Below, one piece after another: positions 58,049 through 64,000 of a DNA stretch of 64,000 nt; position 1 is the first letter of the stretch; every line of letters starts with the position of its first letter. Origin of the DNA: an uncultured bacterium (GTDB lineage: Bacteria; Krumholzibacteriota; Krumholzibacteriia; Krumholzibacteriales; Krumholzibacteriaceae); the NCBI GenBank assembly GCA_963786935.1, contig CAWBAN010000005.1, forward strand, positions 128,001-192,000. The letters run 5' to 3'. The notes under the pieces were generated by a model that saw nothing but the letters and a program-made list of their open reading frames with translations, ran no database searches and had not been told where the DNA came from. The position numbers and the translations under genes were made by a program.

Positions 58049-58738
58049 ATGAAGCGCTTGCAGAGGTGTTTCCTCGTTTTGATGGCGGTGAGCCTCCCGC
58101 TTCTTGCGGCGAGCGGAACGCTCATGGCCGATCCGTGCCTCGTGGTCTATCCCGATGCCTCGTGCGTGTACCACTACGATCCGGCCGAGTACTACACCGT
58201 GGGGCCGGGCGATCCGTTCTACGATCCGATGTTCGACCGGGGCGGGCTCGTCCTCCTCGAGCTCGAATCGAATGAGATCGATTACAGCATCTATCAGGCG
58301 CCGGGGCTGACCGGTTTCGAGATGAGCACCGACGGGAACGACGGATACTTCTTCATCGGCACCGACTTCACGCTCATCCTCGACGGCTTTTCCAACGCGC
58401 CGGTCACCTACGTCAACATCATTCTGATGTTCGACCGGACGGTGCCCGAGGGCTGCGAGCCCCAGATCAAGATCAACGGGATTCCCATCACGGGGAACTC
58501 ATACAACGCGGGGGATCTCGTCGTTTCGACGCCGACCCCGTACGGCAACAACTACTCGGATACGAAGACGTTCCAGATCGATTGGCGCGGCTGCTACGGC
58601 GTGCACATCTGGGCGTTCTCCGACGCGAACTACAACGGCATGATGGACGGCGGCGAGTGCTTCACGGCGTATTCGCACGATCTGACCGTCCCCGTCGAAG
58701 ACGCGACCTGGGGCGCCATCAAGGATCTGTACCGGTAG
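58049..58738 (+). CDS. Secreted protein of unknown function, tail family B (copy 2)
   Basis: Full-length paralog of 57186-57872; ends VPVEDATWGAIKDLYR. Confidence 0.8.
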   Translation: MKRLQRCFLVLMAVSLPLLAASGTLMADPCLVVYPDASCVYHYDPAEYYTVGPGDPFYDPMFDRGGLVLLELESNEIDYSIYQAPGLTGFEMSTDGNDGYFFIGTDFTLILDGFSNAPVTYVNIILMFDRTVPEGCEPQIKINGIPITGNSYNAGDLVVSTPTPYGNNYSDTKTFQIDWRGCYGVHIWAFSDANYNGMMDGGECFTAYSHDLTVPVEDATWGAIKDLYR

Positions 58739-58792
58739 TGCGGAGCCGCCGCGAGCGGCGAAAATAGGAGCAGGTTATTTCGAGAGGATGAC

Positions 58793-60145
58793 TCACGTTC
58801 CGCTGAGGGTCATCCTCTCGATTTTTATGGTGGGCGCGGCGATCGGGCTTCTCCAGTCCATGTCGTTTCCTACCATGACGATTCCCGAGAGCATCGCGAG
58901 GAACGAGCTCGCGATCGTGAACTCGTCGACCGGATAGGAAAGCTCGCCGTTCTCGATCCAGAATCCTTGAGCCCCCTGCGAGAAGTCCCCCGTCATCCAG
59001 TTCGCTCCCGGGCCCGAGAGCGCGGTAAGGTAGAGCCCCTGGTCCACGCTCGAGAGGATCTCCCGCGGCGTCGAGGTTCCGGGCTCGAGGTAGAAATTCG
59101 AGATCCCGCCTGCGTTCCCCGTCGTCGGGAATCCGAGCTTTCTCCCCTGATAGCTGTCGAGGAGGTAGCTCCCGAGCATGCCCCGCTCGACGGGGACGTT
59201 CCGGCGCGACCGTGCTCCCTCGAAATCGAAGGGGCGGCTTCCGAGCTTCCCCCGCATGATCGCGTCGTCGACGACGGTGACGAGCGGGGAGCCGACGCTC
59301 GTTCCCAGCCGGTCGACGAGAAACGAGGATTTCCGGTATATGCTTCCGCCGCTGAGGGCGCTCGCGATGGAGCCGAGAAAATCGCGCGTCGTCTCGGGAT
59401 CGAGCACGATCGCCGCCTCGCACGTTTTCGGCTTCCGCGCCCCGATCTTTCGGAGGGTGCGTGAAACGGCTTTCGACGCAATGTCCTCGACGCGCTCGAG
59501 ATCGCGCGCGCGGATCGCGGTGGAGTACCAGTACGAGGATTGGCGCTTCCCGATGTTCTCGCCGTTCGCCGGCCGGTCCTCGACGGCGCAGGAGAGGGCG
59601 AGGGTGTGAGACGTGCGCCGGTAGGCGTCGCAGAAGCCGAGCGAGTTGGCGAACGAGATCGTTTTCGCGCTGTTCGAGAAGGAGCTTCCGTCGGGGATGA
59701 TCCGCCGGTCGAGGCTCAGCGCGTTCCGCTCGAGCTCGAAGGCGAGCGCGATCTTGCGCTCCGTCGGCATCGCCTGCGTTTCGGGATCGAAGAGCTCGAG
59801 ATCTCCATCCGCCGCGCCGAGCTCGGCGGGGTCCGGCAGTCCGAAGTACTCGTCCCGATCCATGATCCGGGCGAGCTCGACTCCCTCGCCGATGAGCGAC
59901 GAAACGCTCTCGTCGGAGAGATCGCTCGAGGAAACGAGCGCTTTGCGCCGGTCGATCGAGAGCTCGATGTCGATCGAGCTCGAGACCGATTCGATGAGCT
60001 TCTCGATCGAGCCCTTGCGCGCCTCGACTGAGAACTCCATCCGCTCGAGCACGGTGACCTCGGAGGTCTCGGCGCCGGCGGCGAGGGCCCGGCGCACGGT
60101 GCTCTCGGCGAATCGTTTCATCTCGTCGCTCGTCACGGCGCGCAT
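58793..60145 (-). CDS. pmbA: TldE/PmbA family protein
   Basis: KSSFLVDRLG, GSRPFDFEG, TGDFSQGAQGFWIENGEL; no HExxH. Confidence 0.9.
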   Translation of the reverse strand: MRAVTSDEMKRFAESTVRRALAAGAETSEVTVLERMEFSVEARKGSIEKLIESVSSSIDIELSIDRRKALVSSSDLSDESVSSLIGEGVELARIMDRDEYFGLPDPAELGAADGDLELFDPETQAMPTERKIALAFELERNALSLDRRIIPDGSSFSNSAKTISFANSLGFCDAYRRTSHTLALSCAVEDRPANGENIGKRQSSYWYSTAIRARDLERVEDIASKAVSRTLRKIGARKPKTCEAAIVLDPETTRDFLGSIASALSGGSIYRKSSFLVDRLGTSVGSPLVTVVDDAIMRGKLGSRPFDFEGARSRRNVPVERGMLGSYLLDSYQGRKLGFPTTGNAGGISNFYLEPGTSTPREILSSVDQGLYLTALSGPGANWMTGDFSQGAQGFWIENGELSYPVDEFTIASSFLAMLSGIVMVGNDMDWRSPIAAPTIKIERMTLSGT

Positions 60146-60152
60146 CTCCTCC

Positions 60153-61574
60153 TTACGGGTGGATCTCGCTCCCGCCCACGGTGATTTCGGATATCTTGAT
60201 CGTCGGCAGGCCCACGCCGACGGGAACGTGCTGCCCCTTGCCGCAGGTCCAGCGGCCGTCCGAAATCCGGAGGTCGCTCCCGACCATGGTGACCTTCGAG
60301 AGGACGTCGGGGCCGTTGCCGATGATCGTGAGGTTTTTGACCGGCGCCTGGATCCGGCCGTCCTCCACCAGATACGCCTCGACCGGCACGAAGACGAAAT
60401 CGCCGTTCGAGATATCGACCTCGCCGCCGCGGAACGATTTGCAGAAGATGCCGCGGCGCGTCGAGCCGAGGATCTCCTCGGGATCGCTCTGTCCGTTCGC
60501 GAGGTAGGTCACGGTCATCCGCGGCGCGGGGGGATGGCGGTACGATTCGCGTCGTCCGTTCCCCGTCGGGGGAACGCCGAACAGCGCGGCGCTGATGCGG
60601 TCGTGCATGAAGCCGCGCAGAATCCCTTTTTCGATGAGGACGGTGGAGGAGGTGATCGTCCCCTCGTCGTCGAAATTGATCGAGCCGCGGTCGTTCGGGA
60701 CCGTGCCGTTGTCGATGACGGTCACGAGCTCGCTCGCGACCTTGTGACCGACGCGATTCGTGTAGGCCGACGTGCCCTTCCTGATGAAATCGGCCTCGAG
60801 GGGGTGTCCGACCGTCTCGTGCAGGAGAACGCCCGATTCGGCGTGGGCGAGGATGAGCTCCATCGGCCCCGCGGGGGCGTCGATCGCCCCGAGGAGGAGG
60901 ATCGCCTGGCGCGCCGCCTCGCGGCCGTGCTCCGCCGGCGACATCCTCGTGGCGAAATACTCGTTTCCGATTCTCCCGCCGCCGCTCGAGGTGCCGACCT
61001 GGCGATTCCCGTTCGTCTCCGCGACGACGTTCACGACGAACCGCAGCATGGGACGCATGTCGCGCAGGATTCTCCCGTCCGATGTCGCGATCTGCACCGC
61101 GCTCAGATCGTCCGCGATCGAGACGCTCACCTTCACGATGCGCGGGTCGAACTCGCGCGCCGCGCGCTCCGCCTCCTCGACCCACGCGATCTTCCGTTTC
61201 AGGGGAGTCCCGGTCGCCGGTTCCTCGATCGGGTACCGGTTCGCGAACGGCACCCCCGTGAGCGAAACGGGGGGGACTCCCGCCTTCGATTCGGCGATGG
61301 CAGCCGCCGTGAGGGCGGCCTCCTTCATCTTTTCGAACGAGGCGTCCTCCGTGTAGGCGTACCCCGTCCCCTCGCCGTTCACGACCCTGATTCCCATCCC
61401 GTGCGCGATCGCGAGCTCCCCCTGCTTGACGATTCCCTCTTCCATCGTGATCTGGTTGAGCCTCGTGTGCTCGAAGAAGAGGTCGCAGAAGGAGCCGCCG
61501 CGCGAGAGCGCGAACGAGAAGATCTTCCTCATCGTCTCCTCGTCGACGCCGAAATGGTCCGTATAGGGAAGCAA
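60153..61574 (-). CDS. tldD: TldD family metalloprotease
   Basis: LLHETVGHPLEAD, TGNGRRESY, PRMT, CGKGQHVPVGVGLPT. Confidence 0.93.
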   Translation of the reverse strand: MLPYTDHFGVDEETMRKIFSFALSRGGSFCDLFFEHTRLNQITMEEGIVKQGELAIAHGMGIRVVNGEGTGYAYTEDASFEKMKEAALTAAAIAESKAGVPPVSLTGVPFANRYPIEEPATGTPLKRKIAWVEEAERAAREFDPRIVKVSVSIADDLSAVQIATSDGRILRDMRPMLRFVVNVVAETNGNRQVGTSSGGGRIGNEYFATRMSPAEHGREAARQAILLLGAIDAPAGPMELILAHAESGVLLHETVGHPLEADFIRKGTSAYTNRVGHKVASELVTVIDNGTVPNDRGSINFDDEGTITSSTVLIEKGILRGFMHDRISAALFGVPPTGNGRRESYRHPPAPRMTVTYLANGQSDPEEILGSTRRGIFCKSFRGGEVDISNGDFVFVPVEAYLVEDGRIQAPVKNLTIIGNGPDVLSKVTMVGSDLRISDGRWTCGKGQHVPVGVGLPTIKISEITVGGSEIHP

Positions 61575-61697
61575 AATCTCCTTACCTCCATGCGGGGAGA
61601 CTCGCGCTTCTATTGCTCGTCTGTAATTGAACCGCTATAATAGAGGTGAACGGGCGATTTGGGAAGGATAATTCTGGTGCACCTCCGCGAAAATCTC

Positions 61698-63872
61698 ATG
61701 AGCGCGGCACGGATCGTTTTCTTCCTCGCGTGCGCCGTCCTGGGGGCGGCGCTGCTCTCCATTGCGCCGAACGCGGCCGCGGCCCGATCCGGAGATGGAT
61801 CGCGCATACGATCGATCGACTGTTCCATCGTTGAACAAGTCGAGGGCTACCGGCTCGAGCGGCTCGTTCGCGCTCTGGGCGGCGCGGATTCGATATTCTC
61901 CGGCGACGACCGGACCAGAATCGCCACGCGGTATGCGCTCGCCGCCGAGATGGACGTCGTGCGGCGCTACCTGACGGACGAGATCCGGAGCGCGGGATAC
62001 GAGCCGGCGATCGGGCGGTTCATTCTCAACGTCGCCGTGCCGGACCTCACGGGAACGGCACTCTCGGGCGCGGGTGACACCGTGTGGGTTTCCGACTCGC
62101 AGGGGAAGATCTACCGTTCGGCGGCCGCGAACGGCTGGCAGGCATTCGATCGCCGCGGAACCATCGGCCATATCGTCTACGATCTCGAGCGCGATCCGGG
62201 GGGGAGGCTCTGGGCGGCGGTCAGGCTCACCGGCTCCGCGTACGGCGCCCTGTTCATGTCGGCCGACGGCGGCGCGAGCTGGGGCGCGCGGGCCCAGGGA
62301 ACGGATATCTACACGCTCGGAACGATCGCGTTCTCGAGCGAGCAGTTCGGAATGGCCGCCGGATCGAACGGCACCGTTCTCCGGACGGCCGATTTCGGCG
62401 AATCGTGGTCGCCGCTCGATCCCGCGACGTTCGGATACGAGGCGTTCAACGGGGTCGCGGCGAGCGGATTGCTGCGCTACTGGCTCATCACCGATTCCGG
62501 ATATCTGTATGACACGAGCGATTTCGGAGCGACATGGCTCCGCCGCTCCCTGATGTACCCGATGCGGCTCACCGGGATCGCGTTCCACGGCGAGCGGGCG
62601 GGGGTCGCCGTCGGGAGCGGAAAGGCGTTCTACACGAAGGACGGCGGCGTCACCTGGAACTCCGTTTCGGTCGCGACCGAGTTCACCGCCGTCTGCATGC
62701 GCGATTCGCTCAAGGTTGTGGCTTCCGGGACCGGCGGCGAGGTATGGGTGAGCGAGGACGGCGGCGCGACGTGGGGGAGGTTCGGGACCGAGTGCTCCCT
62801 CGCGCGCGACGTCTGGTCGATCGCCTCGGCGGACGGCGCCTCGTACTGGCTCGCGGGGAGGGATCTCGCGCGGCGCGTCGTCTGGAGCGGCGCGATCAAG
62901 GACTGCGCTGCCCGTCAATTCGCCGACACGATCTGGGGGGAGAACATCTCGTTCCGCCGCGAGGGCGAAAGCGATCCCGGCCGGCGCGTGCTTCTGACGG
63001 CGCATTACGATTCGAGGTCGGGATCCCCCTACGACTGCGCGCCGGGCGCCGACGACAACGCCACCGGCGTCGCCGCGGTGCTCGAGTGCTCGCGCATCCT
63101 GCGCGGCGAGCGGCTCGCCCGCTCGGTGGAGTTCGTCCTCTTCGACGGCGAGGAGCTCGGGCTCGTCGGAAGCCGCGCCTACGCCGCGGCGCTCGACACG
63201 GACGTCGTGTACGACGGCGTTCTCAATCTCGACATGCTCGGCTGGGATCCGAATCCGATGGCCCTGTCGGCGGCGATCGGCCGGCGCGCCGGCGCGACTC
63301 CCGACACGATTCTCTCCGACGCGATCAACGCCGCGATCGAGGAGTGCGATCTCCCGCTTTCGATTTCGTACCTTGCGCCGGGCGCGCCGGGCTCGAGCGA
63401 TCACATCGCGTTCTGGGACGTCGGCGTTCCCGCCGTGCTTCTGATCGAGGGAGGGACCCGAGAGGAGCGGACGCCGTACTACCACACGTGCGGCGACGCG
63501 GCGAACACGCTGAACTACGATTTTCTCGCGGTCTGCACGCGGGCGGCGCTCGGCGCGATCGCGGACCTCGCGGGGCTCGTGCCCGCCGGGCAGCCGCGCT
63601 TCGCGCTCGCCCCGAACTTCCCGAATCCCTTCAATTCGGGCACGGTCCTCTCCTACTCGCTCGACGAGCCGGCCGACATGGAGCTCGCGGTCTACGACGT
63701 CGCAGGGCGCCGCGTGGCGCTCATCGAGCGGTCGAGCAGGGGAGCGGGGGAGTACCGGCGCCCGTGGGACGGCACGGACGAGGCGGGCCGGCGCCTCTCG
63801 AGCGGCGTCTATTTCCTGCGCCTCAAAGCGGGCGCTTCCGAGGCGGTCAGGAAGGTCGTTATCCTCAGATAG
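61698..63872 (+). CDS. M28-family peptidase with inserted YCF48/BNR-like propeller and C-terminal FlgD/T9SS-type domain
   Basis: TAHYDS, PGADDNATG, DGEELGLVGS, LNLDM, SSDH, YYHT; SxDGGxxW repeats; NFPNPFN...WDGTDEAGRRLSSGVYF...RKVVILR. Confidence 0.87.
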   Translation: MSAARIVFFLACAVLGAALLSIAPNAAAARSGDGSRIRSIDCSIVEQVEGYRLERLVRALGGADSIFSGDDRTRIATRYALAAEMDVVRRYLTDEIRSAGYEPAIGRFILNVAVPDLTGTALSGAGDTVWVSDSQGKIYRSAAANGWQAFDRRGTIGHIVYDLERDPGGRLWAAVRLTGSAYGALFMSADGGASWGARAQGTDIYTLGTIAFSSEQFGMAAGSNGTVLRTADFGESWSPLDPATFGYEAFNGVAASGLLRYWLITDSGYLYDTSDFGATWLRRSLMYPMRLTGIAFHGERAGVAVGSGKAFYTKDGGVTWNSVSVATEFTAVCMRDSLKVVASGTGGEVWVSEDGGATWGRFGTECSLARDVWSIASADGASYWLAGRDLARRVVWSGAIKDCAARQFADTIWGENISFRREGESDPGRRVLLTAHYDSRSGSPYDCAPGADDNATGVAAVLECSRILRGERLARSVEFVLFDGEELGLVGSRAYAAALDTDVVYDGVLNLDMLGWDPNPMALSAAIGRRAGATPDTILSDAINAAIEECDLPLSISYLAPGAPGSSDHIAFWDVGVPAVLLIEGGTREERTPYYHTCGDAANTLNYDFLAVCTRAALGAIADLAGLVPAGQPRFALAPNFPNPFNSGTVLSYSLDEPADMELAVYDVAGRRVALIERSSRGAGEYRRPWDGTDEAGRRLSSGVYFLRLKAGASEAVRKVVILR

Positions 63873-64000
63873 GCCGATCGAGGAGATCGAGCACGCGCTC
63901 GACCTCACCGTCCGTGTTGTAGAAATGCGGCGAGAGCCTGATCGCGCCCTCGCGGAGGCTCACGACGACGCGTCTCGCCATGAGCCGTTCGAAGAGCTTC
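63865..64000 (-). CDS. 3' end of a class-V aminotransferase/cysteine desulfurase-like protein (partial)
   Basis: Manual translation KLFERLMARRVVVSLREGAIRLSPHFYNTDGEVERVLDLLDRPI*; RxSxHxYN is the class-V C-terminal motif. Confidence 0.8.
   Translation of the reverse strand, partial: KLFERLMARRVVVSLREGAIRLSPHFYNTDGEVERVLDLLDRPI

Noticed and set aside
58793..61574. tldD/pmbA as part of a RiPP cluster with the neighbouring small Cys-rich genes
   Set aside because: No modifying enzymes or precursor-like peptide. The neighbours are 229-aa secreted proteins on the opposite strand, and TldDE is widespread.

Overview
GC-rich bacterial chromosomal segment. The PNPFNP/FlgD-T9SS-type C-terminal domains and a PorU-like C25 peptidase point to an uncultured FCB-group lineage such as Ca. 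Krumholzibacteriota/Latescibacterota (inference, not a search result). Housekeeping and envelope content: two RND efflux systems, msrAB, an M3 peptidase, a peptidoglycan-recycling cluster, tRNA-Asp, two RRM proteins, an S9 peptidase, a PPi-type pfk, RlmD, a glycosylation cluster, nfi, a beta-CASP nuclease and tldD/pmbA. Most notable: (1) six intact secreted genes plus one pseudogene, from two unrelated protein families, all end in the same short tail (T-x-W-G/S-x-I/V-K-x-L-F/Y). Four look cohesin-like; three of these follow a dockerin-like gene and sit directly upstream of a PorU/gingipain-like transpeptidase, suggesting an uncharacterised surface sorting and cohesin-dockerin display system. 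(2) A lipoprotein TlpA-like selenoprotein (UMPC) that the ORF track splits at an in-frame TGA followed by a SECIS-like hairpin. (3) A 2.7-kb integrase-less islet at tRNA-Asp, bounded by a 16-bp direct repeat and carrying one 14-repeat FG-GAP protein. (4) A candidate Fur-boxed small RNA. (5) A degenerate AnmK and a frameshifted NagZ. All calls come from motif recognition by eye; no database search was run.
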